A stretch of DNA of 64,000 nt from an uncultured Gemmatimonadales bacterium. Lineage in GTDB: Bacteria; Gemmatimonadota; Gemmatimonadetes; Longimicrobiales; Gaopeijiaceae. Shown here one piece after another: positions 12,477 to 26,470 of the stretch (within the stretch, counting starts at the first letter, position 1; each line of letters begins with the position of its first letter). The stretch covers positions 32,001 to 96,000 of the forward strand of contig CAWGKG010000012.1 of the NCBI GenBank assembly GCA_963823035.1, in the 5' to 3' direction. Made by a program: the position numbers and the translations under genes. The notes under the pieces are model-generated. The model had not been told where the DNA came from and ran no database searches. It worked only from the letters and a program-made list of their open reading frames with translations.

Positions 12477-13283
12477 TCAGACGGGGACGTGCGCAATCGC
12501 TTCCATGAATTTGACCGCACGGCCGGCAATCTCGACCCGGTCGCGCCGGTCGCGGCAGAACAGCTCGCCACCGCGCTTCGATATCTGCAGGGCGTGGATA
12601 TCGGGCTTGCCCAGTTGCTGGGCCCAGTAGGGCACCAGCATGCAATGGGCCGAGCCGGTCACCGGATCCTCGTCGATGCCGTGGGCCGGCGCGAAGTAGC
12701 GCGAGACGCAGTCGGCCCGACTGTCCGCGGCCGGTGCAGTGCAGATGACACCAAGCCCCTCGGACCCCAACGCTGCCACCATCGCGCGGAAATCGGGCTG
12801 GAGCGCCGCGATTTCGGCTTCGCTCTCGAACACCATCAGCCAATTCTTTTCCTTCAGCACCGCGGCCGGACGCGCGCCCAACGCCTCGGTCAGGGCCTCG
12901 GACGCTTGGGCCGGGCGCAGCCTGGCCGAGGGAAAGTCGAGGGCGTAGAGGTCACCCGACCGCGACACCCCGAGCCGGCCGCTCCGCGTCTCGAAGACGA
13001 CCTCGTCGAGCTCATCATCGATCTCGGTCATCAGCACGAAGGCGGTCGCCAGCGTGGCGTGGCCACACAACGGCACCTCCACGGTCGGCGTGAACCAGCG
13101 CAGCTCGAACACGCCGTCCTCCTCGGCAGGACGGAAGAAGGCGGTTTCGGCCAGGTTGTTCTCGGCCGCGATCGCCTGCATGACCTCGTCCCTGAGCCAC
13201 TCCTCGAGCGGCATCACGGCGGCCGGGTTGCCCCGGAACAAGGAACCGGTGAAGGCGTCGATCTGGTAGAGTGGAAGGCGCAA
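12477..13283 (-). CDS. PhzF family epimerase/isomerase
   Basis: YQIDAF..GNPAAV, ENNLAETAF, LRWFTPTVEVPLCGHATLA, EDPVTGSAH; intact ORF, TTG start. Confidence 0.93.
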   Translation of the reverse strand: MRLPLYQIDAFTGSLFRGNPAAVMPLEEWLRDEVMQAIAAENNLAETAFFRPAEEDGVFELRWFTPTVEVPLCGHATLATAFVLMTEIDDELDEVVFETRSGRLGVSRSGDLYALDFPSARLRPAQASEALTEALGARPAAVLKEKNWLMVFESEAEIAALQPDFRAMVAALGSEGLGVICTAPAADSRADCVSRYFAPAHGIDEDPVTGSAHCMLVPYWAQQLGKPDIHALQISKRGGELFCRDRRDRVEIAGRAVKFMEAIAHVPV

Positions 13284-13306
13284 GGGTCTCTCCTGTGGCT
13301 GAAGGC

Positions 13307-14191
13307 TCAGGCGGCGGACGCCACCTCGTCCCGGCCCTCGCCGAAGCGTGCCTGTTCCCAGCCCAGGATCGCCTGCTTGCGATGCGGGCCGCTGGCGTAG
13401 TTGTGGAACGGGCCGGTCTTCAGGATGACACGGTGGCAGGGTATCACGAACGATACCGGGTTTTTCGCCACGGCCGACGCGGCGGCGCGCACCGCACGCA
13501 CGTTGCCGGCGCGCCGCGCGACGTCCTCATAGGACGTCACCATGGCGGGCGGAATACGCAGCAGTGCCTCCCACACCCGGATCTGGAAGTTGGTGCCACG
13601 CAGGTGGACCGTGATCGGATCGTCCGCGCCCGACATCGAGAAGATGCGGCGCACCATGGCGGCGGTGCCGGTGCGGTCCTCGACGACGGCGGCCTGGGGC
13701 CAACGCGCGGCGAGCCGCTCATGGGCCCAGCGGTCGTCGGCCGCGTCGGCCGGCCCGAAGGCGAGCCAGCACACGCCGCGCTCGGTCATGCCCAGGCTGC
13801 AGGGACCGAAGGACAAATCGTGGACGCCGTGGCGGATCACCAGACCCTCGCCGCCGCGCCGCACCTCGCCGGGGGTGACAGCCTCGGTCACGACAAAGAG
13901 GTCGTGCAAGCGCGACGGGCCCGACAGGCCCAATTCGAACGCGGTGTCGAGCACCGGCAGCGAGCGCTCCAGCAGGCCGCGGGCATAGTCGACCGTGAGG
14001 AACTGCAGGAAGCGCTTGGGGCTGATCCCGACCCAGCGGCGGAACAGGCGCTGGAAGTGGAAGGGCGAGAGCCCGACGTGGCGGGCGATCGCCTCCAGCT
14101 CCGGCTGGTCCTGGAAGTTCCCGTCGAGGAAGCGGATCGCCTGCTCGATCTTGATGTAGTCCGGGGTCTGGAGGGCGCTGGCCATGGTCAT
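13307..14191 (-). CDS. Bifunctional AraC-HTH / methylated-DNA-protein-cysteine methyltransferase, Cada2-type (no Zn-binding N-Ada domain)
   Basis: GLSPFHFQRLFRRWVGISPKRF, GLSGPSRLHDLF (RLHD), GTNFQIRVWEALLRIP, NPVSFVIPCHRVI. Confidence 0.92.
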   Translation of the reverse strand: MTMASALQTPDYIKIEQAIRFLDGNFQDQPELEAIARHVGLSPFHFQRLFRRWVGISPKRFLQFLTVDYARGLLERSLPVLDTAFELGLSGPSRLHDLFVVTEAVTPGEVRRGGEGLVIRHGVHDLSFGPCSLGMTERGVCWLAFGPADAADDRWAHERLAARWPQAAVVEDRTGTAAMVRRIFSMSGADDPITVHLRGTNFQIRVWEALLRIPPAMVTSYEDVARRAGNVRAVRAAASAVAKNPVSFVIPCHRVILKTGPFHNYASGPHRKQAILGWEQARFGEGRDEVASAA

Positions 14192-14245
14192 GCCTCGTGG
14201 GGTGTCACGGTAGGATTTCGCAACGTAGGCATGGCCGGAACGGGC

Positions 14246-14263
14246 GGCGACCCGGTTCTTGCG
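14246..14263 (-). promoter_or_regulatory. Putative Ada/Cada2 box 1 (CGCAAGAACCGGGTCGCC) upstream of the Ada-like gene
   Basis: 17/18 identical to the motif at 15083-15100; followed after 18 nt by TACGTT (-10-like, 14222-14227). Confidence 0.7.
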
Positions 14264-14268
14264 CACGC

Positions 14269-14796
14269 TCAGCCCCCCGCCTCGCGCAGGAAATAGAGCA
14301 GGTCGAGCGGCGGCGGCGCGACCGTCGTCTGCGACAGCAGGCCGTGGACCTGGCCGCGATGATGGGTCTGGTGGTTGAACATGTGCCACAGCACCTGGCG
14401 CAACGGCGTGACCTGCGGCTCGCCGCGCGTGGTGCTGTAGGCGAGGTCGCCGGCAAGGTCGGCATCGCCTAGGCCGTCGGCATGGTCGACCAGCCGCCGG
14501 TCCGTCTCGATGCGCGCCGTCGTCAGGCTCGCGAGGTCGGCATAGAGTTCCTCGTCGAGCCGCAGGATCTCTGGCACGCCGACGATCCGGCCGAACCAGA
14601 TCCGGTCGGCCACCAGGATGTGGTTCAGCGTCCGATGGATCGAGCCGAAGAAGCTTGCCCGCGGTGCCAGATAGTCGGCCTCGGGCAGTTCCGCACAGGC
14701 CGCGTAGAGCCTGCGGTTCGCCCACATGTTGTAGCGGGCGAACACCGCCGGGTGGTCGTGCGCCCTGTCCCCGGGCAAGGTCGCGGGCTCGGACAT
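14269..14796 (-). CDS. DinB family protein
   Basis: ARYNMWANRRL, FFGSIHRTLNHILVAD, HMFNHQTHHRGQ, PPPLDL. Confidence 0.93.
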   Translation of the reverse strand: MSEPATLPGDRAHDHPAVFARYNMWANRRLYAACAELPEADYLAPRASFFGSIHRTLNHILVADRIWFGRIVGVPEILRLDEELYADLASLTTARIETDRRLVDHADGLGDADLAGDLAYSTTRGEPQVTPLRQVLWHMFNHQTHHRGQVHGLLSQTTVAPPPLDLLYFLREAGG

Positions 14797-15030
14797 TCAG
14801 GCCCTCCAGAACGGCTTGCGCCCCTCGCGCCAGGCCTCGCAGCGACCGATCCCCATGTCGCTCAGCATGCGGTCGTCCATGGCGAGCAGCCGCTGCCGGT
14901 TGGCGTAGCGTGCCTGCCATGTGTAGAGCGTGTCCGGCAGGGCGGCAATGCGCACGACGACCCGCTGCCACGCGGTCGACGCCGCGCGCTGGGCGTGGTG
15001 GGCGACATGGTGGTGGGCGGTCGTGGTCAT
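14797..15030 (-). CDS. DUF1127 small protein
   Basis: AAGGAG RBS; RQRLLAMDDRMLSDMGIGR...KPFWR signature. Confidence 0.88.
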   Translation of the reverse strand: MTTTAHHHVAHHAQRAASTAWQRVVVRIAALPDTLYTWQARYANRQRLLAMDDRMLSDMGIGRCEAWREGRKPFWRA

Positions 15031-15082
15031 GGGTCGTCTCCTTGCAGGTTGTCGCCACCAGATGCTCCCCGCGGGGGCAGGT

Positions 15083-15100
15083 GGCGACCCGCTTCTTGCG
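15083..15100 (-). promoter_or_regulatory. Putative Ada/Cada2 box 2 (CGCAAGAAGCGGGTCGCC) upstream of DUF1127
   Basis: Near-identical to 14246-14263; followed after 18 nt by CATCTG (15059-15064). Confidence 0.65.
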
Positions 15101-15110
15101 GGTCCGGTGC

Positions 15111-15193
15111 ATCGATACAATCCTCATGCAACTTCATATTGTATCGATTGTTTTGATATCTCACTTGACATGAGTGGCTTCAATCGAAACATT
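15111..15193. promoter_or_regulatory. Putative MocR/GntR operator array
   Basis: Perfect inverted repeat ATCGATACAAT(15111-15121)-N16-ATTGTATCGAT(15138-15148) plus degenerate copies ATTGTTTTGAT (15147) and ATCGAAACATT (15183) in the divergent intergenic region. Confidence 0.65.
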
Positions 15194-15199
15194 GTCCCC

Positions 15200-16615
15200 A
15201 TGACAAGTTTGTCGTGGCAGCCCGAACTCGACGGCATCGACGGCCCGCGCTACCTGGCGCTGGCCGAGGCGCTGGAGCGCGACGTGGCCTCGGGACGGCT
15301 GGCGCCGGGCACGCGCCTGCCGACCCATCGCGAGCTTGCCTGGCAGCTCGGCGTCACCGTCGGCACGGTGAGCCGCGGCTATGCCGAGGCGACGCGGCGC
15401 GGCCTGATTTCCGGCGAGGTCGGACGCGGCACCTTCGTCCAGGTCGACGCCGGCGGCTCGATCCGCGCCACGCCGATGGTCTGGCCGAGTTCCGACGCAA
15501 TCGGCCGCAACACCATCAACCTGGCGACCAACGCGCCGCCGATCGCCGGACAGGAGCGGCTGCTGGCCGACGAGATGGCCGCGCTCGCCGCCGACCCGCG
15601 GCTCGCGGCCCACCTCACCTACCCGCCCAACCTGGCGCGCACCGACGTCCGCCAGGCAGCGGCGGACTGGCTGGCCGAAACCACGGGCATGGAGTATCCG
15701 GCCGAGCGCGTGTTCATCACGGCCGGTGCCCAGAATGCCCTGATGGTCGCCATCCACCTCTCGCTGCGGCCGGGCGACACCATGCTGGTGGAGCGCCTGA
15801 CCTATCCCGGCATCAAGGCGGTCGCGCGTACCATGCAGGTGCGGCTTGCCGGCATCGACATGGACGCCGACGGCATGTTGCCCGAGCGCTGGACGCGGCC
15901 TGCCGAACGTCGACCGCCGGGCCTGATCTGCTGCGTGCCCACGGTGCAGAATCCGACCGGGAGCGTGATGGGCGAGGAGCGTCGCCGCGCCATCGCCGAG
16001 GTCGCCGACCGCCACGGCGTGCCGGTCCTGGAGGACGGCATCTACGACTTCCTCGCCGGCCACGAGCCACGGCCCCTGATGCGCCAAGCGACGACGCCGG
16101 GCTTCTTCGCGACGAGCCTTTCCAAGATGCGTCTCGCCCGCGCTGCGCACCGGCATTCTGGTCGCGCCGCCCGGCGTGACCAATGAGGCGACCCGCATCA
16201 TGGCAGCGAGCTGCCTGCACGCGCCCCTGCTGATGACCGAACTCGCCCGGCGCTGGATGACGTCCGGGCGTGTCGCCGAGTCCGCCGCACTGGTGCGGGG
16301 CGAGGCGCTCGCCCGCCAGGCGATCGCACGCCAGCGGCTGAAAGGCCTGGAGTTGAAGGCCCACCCGGCCGGCTTCCACACCTGGCTGACCCTGCCCGAC
16401 CCCTGGCGTCCGGTCGATTTCGCCCGCGCCGCCGAGGCGCGGGGTGTGACCCTCACGCCGGCCGAAATCCTTCGCCATCGGGCGCGACCCGGCACCCTTC
16501 GCCGTGCGCCTGTCACTCACCGGCGCCGCCACGCGGGCCGATCTGGAGCACAGCCTGGACGTCGTCGCCGAGCTGGCGCGCCAGACCCCGGAGCCGTTTC
16601 GCGCCGTCGATCTAG
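15200..16615 (+). CDS. MocR-type GntR regulator with PLP-dependent aminotransferase domain, frameshifted
   Basis: PRYLALAEALERDV..G.L.PGTRLPTHRELA..LGVTVGTVSRGY, GEVGRGTFV, PTVQNPTG, SLSK. Confidence 0.92.
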
Positions 16616-16813
16616 TCGTGACGGCATCCGCGCGACGGCACAATTTCGCCCGAATTGCGGCCTGACCAAATCCGCGCGCCCGGCCTTCGTCGTCGGCCCG
16701 TTCGGGGTCGCCTGCCTCCCGGCACGAGACACACGCCGTGAAGCCGGCGGCACGGGCTCCGTCGTCGTGTATGGTTGGGTCGCGATTTGGTGTCGCCCGT
16801 CCGGGAGAGCAAC

Positions 16814-17961
16814 GTGCGCAACGTGATCCTGTTCCTGATCGCCTTCGTCCTGCCGGGTGCCGGCATGGCCTGGGCGCAGTCCTCCGACGTCTGGCTTTCG
16901 ACCCCCTACCCCGCGATGACCGCAGCCTCCGGCGAGGAGCTGGTGGTCGACGTCACCGTCCACAACGATGGCAAGATCGCGCACCGCGTCGACCTCGGCG
17001 TCGACAAGGTGCCCGACGGCTGGACCGCGACCTACATGGGCGACGGCCGGCCGATCGGGGCCATGATCGTCGACCCGGGCAAGACGACGACGGCGGAGCT
17101 TCACATCTCGCCGCCGGCCGACATCTCCGAGGGCTCCTACAGAATGGTCGCGACGGCGGTGGCTGACGGCACGCCGCTCAACCTGCCGCTCGACATCTCG
17201 CTGGCGGCCTCGCTGCCGCCAAGCTGGTGCTCTCCACCGACTTCCCGTCGATCAAGGGCGTCCCGACGGCCAACTTCACCTATCGCATCACGATCGCCAA
17301 CAAGGGCGGCAAGCAGGCGCTGGTCAACATCAGCGTCGACGCGCCGCAGAACTTCAAGACCACGGTGACCGAGCAGTACGGCGGCCACCAGCTGACCAGC
17401 GTCGCGGTAGACCCGGGCGCGACCAAGAGCGTCGACATCAAGGTCGAGCCGCCGCGCAACACCGAGGCCGGCAAGTACAACCTCGTCGTCCACGCCCAGT
17501 CGGGCGCCTCGGAGGCAAGCCAGAACCTGGAGATGGACGTCGCCGGCGTCGCCGACCTCTCGATCGCGACGACGACCGACGTGTTCAGCACCGACGCCGT
17601 CGCCGGCAAGGACACGCCGCTCAAGGTCATCGTCGCCAACAACGGCAGCGACAAGGCCCAGCCGGTCAGCCTGCACGCAGTCCAGCCCAACGGCTGGAAG
17701 GTCGTCTTCCAGCCCGAGCGCATCAACTCGCTGGCGGCAGGCGACCGCGCCGAGGTCACCGCCGTGGTGACGCCGCCCGACGGCGCCCTTGCCGGCGACT
17801 ACATCGTCAAGCTGCAGGCGGTCTCGGGGCCCGCCTCCGACACCAAGGAGTTCCGCATCACGATCCGGCCGTCGAGCTTCTGGGGCTTCATCGGCGTCGG
17901 CATCATCGCGCTGGCGGTGCTGGTCCTGCTCGCCGCGATCTGGCGCTTCGGGCGGCGATGA
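16814..17961 (+). CDS. NEW3 (NPCBM-associated) domain secreted/membrane-anchored protein, frameshifted
   Basis: Signal peptide, LSTPYP, repeated Ig-like units (P.GW, AGKY, AGDY), C-terminal TM followed by RFGRR. Confidence 0.8.
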
Positions 17962-18901
17962 GCGGCGAACCGGTCATCCGCCTCGCGAACGTCACCAAGC
18001 GCTACGGCCGCAACGTCGCGGTCGACGATCTGAGCCTGGAGGTGCGCGAGGGCGAGGTGTTCGGACTGCTTGGGCCCAACGGCTCGGGCAAGACGACCAC
18101 CATCCTGCTGGTCATGGGGCTGACCGACCGGACCAGCGGGACGGTCGAGGTGCTCGGTCACGACACGACGCGCCAGACCCTGACGGTCAAGCGCCTGGTC
18201 GGCTACATGCCTGAATTCGCTGGGCTTCTATGACGCTATGACGGCACGCCAGAACATGCGCTACATCGGTCGCCTGACCGGACAGGGCGGCAGCGCCCTG
18301 GAGGACGCGATCGAGACGGCGCTGGTCGAGGTCGAACTCGCCGACGTCGCAGACAAGCGGGTCAAGACCTTCTCCCGCGGCATGCGCCAGCGCCTGGGCT
18401 TCGCCGAGATCCTGCTGAAGAAGCCGAAGGTGGCGATCCTGGACGAGCCGACCAGCGGTCTCGACCCCGAGGCGGTGCACCGCTTCCTGGCCCTCGTGCG
18501 CAAGCTCAAGGACAGCGGTACGACCGTGGTGCTGTCCTCTCACCTGCTCGACCAGGTCCAGTCGGTCTGCGACCGGGTCGCGCTGTTCCATGCCGGGCGC
18601 ATCATCCTGGATGGCCGCGTCGACGAGATTGCACGCCAGGTCCTGGGCGACATCCAGCGCTTCCGGGTCGAGGGCAGCGGCCACGGTCTGGAGGGCAAGC
18701 TCGCGGCGATCGACGGCGTGGTGAAGGTCGAGCCGACGGGCCACGAGTCCTTCCGGGTCGACGCCAAGGCCGACGTGCGTCAACCGATCGTCGCCATGTT
18801 CTCGCGCGCCGGCTACGAACTCGAGGAGTCTCAGCATGGTCGAGCCGAGTCTCGACGAGGTCTATCGCCGGGTCTTCGAGGAGAAGCGCCATGCAGCGTG
18901 A
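17958..18901 (+). CDS. ABC transporter ATP-binding protein, frameshifted
   Basis: GPNGSGKTT Walker [20 protein letters not shown]. Confidence 0.93.
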
Positions 18902-19850
18902 GGGGTCTGCCGTCTCCGGCCTGGGCGTCGTCTTCGCCAAGGAGTTCGGCGACAACCTGATGAGCGCGAGGATGCGCCTGCTGCTCGTGCTCGTCCTGCT
19001 GATTCTGGTCGCCGCGATCTACACCGCTCTGGGCTTCACCAAGCAACCCGACCAGATCGGGCCCTTCGCCTTCCTGGCCATGTTCACCGAGGCGCGTGAC
19101 CCGGTGCCCTCGATGATGTCCCTGCTCGGCTTCCTGATCCCGATCGGGGCAATCACACTGGGCTTCAATTCGGTCAACAGCGAGCGGAACCGGCGCACCC
19201 TGAGCCGCATCCTGGCCCAGCCGATCTACCGGGACGCATTGCTGATCGGCAAGTTCCTGGCCGGACTGACGACCATCGGCCTGGCGCTGATCGTGCTGTG
19301 GCTGCTGGTCGCCGGCTCGTCCATCCTGGTGCTCGGCATCCCGCCTTCGGGCAACGAGGCGATCCGCGCCGCCGCCTTCCTGCTGGTCAGCATCGCCTAT
19401 GGCGGCGTCTGGCTGGCGCTCGCGATGCTGTTCTCGACCTTCATCCCCCAGGCCGCAACCTCGGCGCTCGCCGCCCTCGCCCTGTGGCTGGTGATGGCGG
19501 TGTTCTGGACCATGGCGGCCCAGTTCATCGCGCTGGCCGTGCACACGCCGAGTGGCATCCCGCAGCTCGACCAGCTTCAGGTCCTGTTCCTGCAGCAGGA
19601 CATCTCGCGTTTCTCGCCCAACACGCTCTACAGCGAGGCGGCTGTCGCTCTGCTGCACCCGTCGGTGCACACGCTCGACATGAAACAGATGTTCTTCGCG
19701 CAGGTGCCGGGCGCGGTGCTCGGCGAGCCGCTGCCGCTGATCGACAGCCTGGTCATCATCTGGCCCCAGATCACCGGTCTGGTGGCTGCCACCATCGTGC
19801 TCTTCACCATGAGCTACACGATCTTCCAGCGCCAGGAAGTGCGCGCCTGA
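18891..19850 (+). CDS. ABC-2 type permease
   Basis: MQREGS.., GFNSVNSERNRRTLSRILAQPIYRD.LL.GKF, multiple TM helices, FQRQEVRA. Confidence 0.9.
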   Translation: MQREGSAVSGLGVVFAKEFGDNLMSARMRLLLVLVLLILVAAIYTALGFTKQPDQIGPFAFLAMFTEARDPVPSMMSLLGFLIPIGAITLGFNSVNSERNRRTLSRILAQPIYRDALLIGKFLAGLTTIGLALIVLWLLVAGSSILVLGIPPSGNEAIRAAAFLLVSIAYGGVWLALAMLFSTFIPQAATSALAALALWLVMAVFWTMAAQFIALAVHTPSGIPQLDQLQVLFLQQDISRFSPNTLYSEAAVALLHPSVHTLDMKQMFFAQVPGAVLGEPLPLIDSLVIIWPQITGLVAATIVLFTMSYTIFQRQEVRA

Positions 19851-19877
19851 GGCGATCTCCCGCCGGCGCGGGCGGGA

Positions 19878-21250
<1,373 letters not shown>

Positions 21251-21254
<4 letters not shown>

Positions 21255-22400
21255 GTCGCTCCAGCCCTGTCCTTCGACCGCGCCGCCAGTACGGCAAGCC
21301 GCCTGCGCGGCGTGTCGGCCACATCGTGCGACGCCGCAGAATCTGCCACGCGCCGCGCGCAGTCCGGCCAGCGCCAGCGGCCAGCGCTGCCGCCGCAGCC
21401 GCGCTGTGGCCCGCGACGGCCTGCGCCGGCGAGCCGGCCGATGAAGCTCTTGCGCGACGCGCCGAGCAGGACCGCGCAGCCGAGCCCGTGGAACAGCGCC
21501 AGGTCGCGCAACAGCGCCAGGTTGTGCTCGAGCGGTCTTGCCGAAGCCGATGCCCGGGATCGACGGCGATGCGCGTCACGCGCGATGCCGGCCGCCTCGC
21601 AGGCCGCGATGCGGGCCTCCAGGTAGTCGAAGACGTCGAGCGCGACATGGTCGTAGGCCGGCGCGTCCTGCATGGTGCGCGGGTCGCCCGGGCGTGCATC
21701 AGGACGACGCGGCACGCCGCTGCGCGCGACCAGATCGAGGCTGGCCGGATCGTGGGTCAGCGCGCTGACGTCGTTGACGATCGCCGCGCCGGCATCGAGC
21801 GCCGCCGCCATCACCGCGGCGTTGCGGCTGTCGATCGAGAGCCGGGCGCCGCAGCCGGCGAGCCGCCCGATCGCCGGCACGACGCGGCGCATTTCCTCGG
21901 CCTCGGTCGACCGGATCGGCGCCAGGCCGCGTCGATTCGCCGCCGATATCGAGGATGGCGGCGCCTGCCGCGACCATGGCGCGGCCGCGGGCCATCGGCG
22001 TCGCCGGGGTCATGCGCATCGCCGCCGTCGGAGAAGCTGTCGGGCGTGACGTTGACGATGCCCATGATCGGCCGCCGCATCGAGCGCCAGCCCGGCGACA
22101 GGCGGGCGCGGCGCGCTCGAAGCGCGCAGCAGCGCGACGATCCGCTGCGCCATGGTCTCCGGCAGGGTCGCGGCCCAGGCCGCGACCTCGCCGGCAGTCG
22201 ACGCGCGACCGCGCTCGACCGCGTCGACATGCCGGATCAGGACCTCGACGCGGCTGAAGCCCGGCCGTCGCGCCCGCGAGCGCATGCGCCGGCCGCACCT
22301 GCCGTCGGTTGCGGGGCGCGTCCGGCAGCGGCTTGACGATAGATCCGACGTCGCCGTCGCGAGCTGCTCGCGGCAGGCCCGGCAGCGCGACGACGGGCAA
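21251..22400 (-). CDS. folP: Dihydropteroate synthase with N-terminal extension, frameshifted
   Basis: [52 protein letters not shown]; start approximate. Confidence 0.92.
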
Positions 22401-22410
22401 GGCGCGGTGG

Positions 22411-24364
<1,954 letters not shown>

Positions 24365-24433
24365 GGCAGTCCTCGTTCCTCGCAGGCTCTCTGCGGCCCG
24401 CTATCCTAGCACGGCAACGGCAGCGCGCCATGG

Positions 24434-25726
24434 TCAGTTGCCCGTGCCGCTTCCGTCCAGCCGATTGAAAACGGCACCGGAGAAAGGGCCTGACGCGGCG
24501 CAAGACGCGCGAGGCAGTTCGGGACGGAATCAAGCGCACAAAGCCAAGGTGGGGAACCGCGACAAGCCCTTCAAGGTCGGAAAACGCCGGCAAGGCCAAG
24601 GCAGCGGCGGGCAGCGGGCGCTCCGTGCCCGCCATCGCGGCGACCAGGCGGCGCGCGGCGGCAGCACCCAGCGGTCCGACCCGCAGGCCGCCGGCCCCCG
24701 CAGTGACGAAAAGCGGCCGTCCCAGAGTTGCGGTACACCCGCCGCGAGAGGCACGTCCGTTGCCGCATGGCGCAGCTCGCGCGTCACGAGGATGTGAGCG
24801 GCATCACCGCGCCAGTGGCAGCCGCCCAGGGTCGTCGCGAGCGGACCGCCGCCGACAATCGCGTCGGCCAGGCGCCCGAGCGCACGCCCGCGCGGTGCGT
24901 ACTCCGCACCACCGACACAGAGCGCGAACCGCGCCAGCACCGCCATCCGGCTCGCCCGGTCGAGGCGGTGCCAGCGCGCCCGGTCAAGCTGCCCGGCGCC
25001 GAAGCAGTCAAGCGAGGCGACCTCGGCCAAAGCGCCGGCGAGCGCCGTTTCGGCCGCGACGCGCGCTTCGCCCACCGTCGGATCGGCCGGCGCGGCGCCG
25101 CCCGCGAGGCGCAGCCGGGCACGGGCGAAACGCGGATCCCGGTTCATCGGGTCCTCGACCCAGTCGAGGCCATGGACCTGGACGGTCGCGACCAGGCGCG
25201 CCTTGGCGACCGGCAGCAGCGGTCGCAGCACGCGGAGACCGGCGCGCTCGACGCAGGACGACATGCCGGCAAGGCCCGCTGGGCCACTTGCCATGTCGCA
25301 GCGCAGGGCGACGGTCTCGGCCTGGTCGTCGGCATGGTGGGCGAGCAGGAGGTGGAGGATGCCACGCTCCACGCAGGCCCGCTCAAGCAGCGCGTGACGC
25401 GCCCGGCGCGCCGCCGCCTCGATCCCGCTGACCGGCCGGGCACCCTGCCAGACAAGGATTCCGGCCTCGACGCCGAGCGCCGCACAGCGCCCGGCGACCA
25501 GACGCGCCTCGTCGCTCGAGTCCGGCCGCAGGCGATGATCCACGATCAGCGCGACGGCCGCCCCCCCGCGAGCCGTGGCCCAGCGCGAGGCCAGCAGCGC
25601 GAGCGCCATGCTGTCGGCACCGCCCGAGACGGCCAGCGCCAGGCGCGGCGCCGGCTCGAACGGGCCCATCGCCGCCATCAGCCCGGCAAAGGCTTCGTCG
25701 TCGAGCGGCAGGGAGCGGCTGATCAT
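24434..25726 (-). CDS. tilS: tRNA(Ile)-lysidine synthetase
   Basis: AVSGGADS, VDHRLR, AHHADDQAET, RPLL, EDPMN; frameshift near 3' end, end approximate. Confidence 0.93.
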
Positions 25727-25784
25727 GACGCCGCCATGGTGGGGCGCACCGGCGTTCAGGGCAACGCCACGACCTGCACCATGG

Positions 25785-26304
25785 TCATGACAGGACCAGC
25801 ACGCCGCGCCGGTTCTTGGCCCAGGCCTCCTCGGTATGGCCCTCGATCGCCGGGCGCTCCTTGCCGTAGCTGATGGTGCCGATGCGGCTGCCGTCGATGC
25901 CGAGCGCGATCAGCACGTTGCGGATCGCATTGGCGCGCCGGTCGCCGAGCGCCAGGTTGTACTCGACGCGTGCCGCGCTCGTCGCAATGGCCCTCGATGA
26001 AGACGGCGACCGAGGGGAACTGCTGCATCCAGGCCGCCCAGTCGCGGATCAGGGTCTCGGCCTCGGGGCGCACGACCGAGCTGTCGTAGTCGAACAGGAC
26101 CGTGTCGCCGTAGGCCGTGCGCAAATATCCGATGGTCGGCTGCGGGCTGGTCACCACGTCGCCGGGCGGCTGCGCGACGACCCCGCCGGCAGCTCCGCCG
26201 GAGCTGTCACCGCCACCGGCCACGTCGCCGGACAGCTCGCTGGGCGTCTGGCAGGCCGTCACGACGAAAAGCATGGCTATCATCAGGTAGAGCTTGCGTT
26301 GCAT
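25785..26304 (-). CDS. Pal-like OmpA-family lipoprotein (third paralogue)
   Basis: Lipobox [20 protein letters not shown](R)[34 protein letters not shown]; one frameshift. Confidence 0.9.
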
Positions 26305-26446
26305 GTCGTACCCTCCTCCCGGGCGAAACGTCCGGCACCGCCCTGCCCCGGGCCCCGTCCACCCGTGGCAGCACGCCGGACGTGACCGTTTTCGCCCGCG
26401 GGTGAGCCCGGAGCGCGGCGGAAGTCGGGCGGAAATGTGAAGTGCG

Positions 26447-26470
26447 CGAAAAATCCGGCGCGACGCCGGA
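26447..26470 (-). terminator. Intrinsic terminator after second pal paralogue
   Basis: TCCGGCG-TCG-CGCCGGA followed by TTTTT on the minus strand. Confidence 0.6.

Noticed and set aside
14237..14252. Alphaproteobacterial LexA box (GAAC-N7-GAAC)
   Set aside because: Second half is GACC, and the overlapping duplicated GCAA motif explains the region better.
14700..14800. Cuckoo-type sRNA repeats downstream of DUF1127
   Set aside because: dinB starts immediately after the DUF1127 stop and no CCTCCTCCC repeats are present.
13307..15127. 606-aa Ada fusion protein
   Set aside because: The upstream half is an off-frame read of dinB and DUF1127; the real gene starts near 14191.
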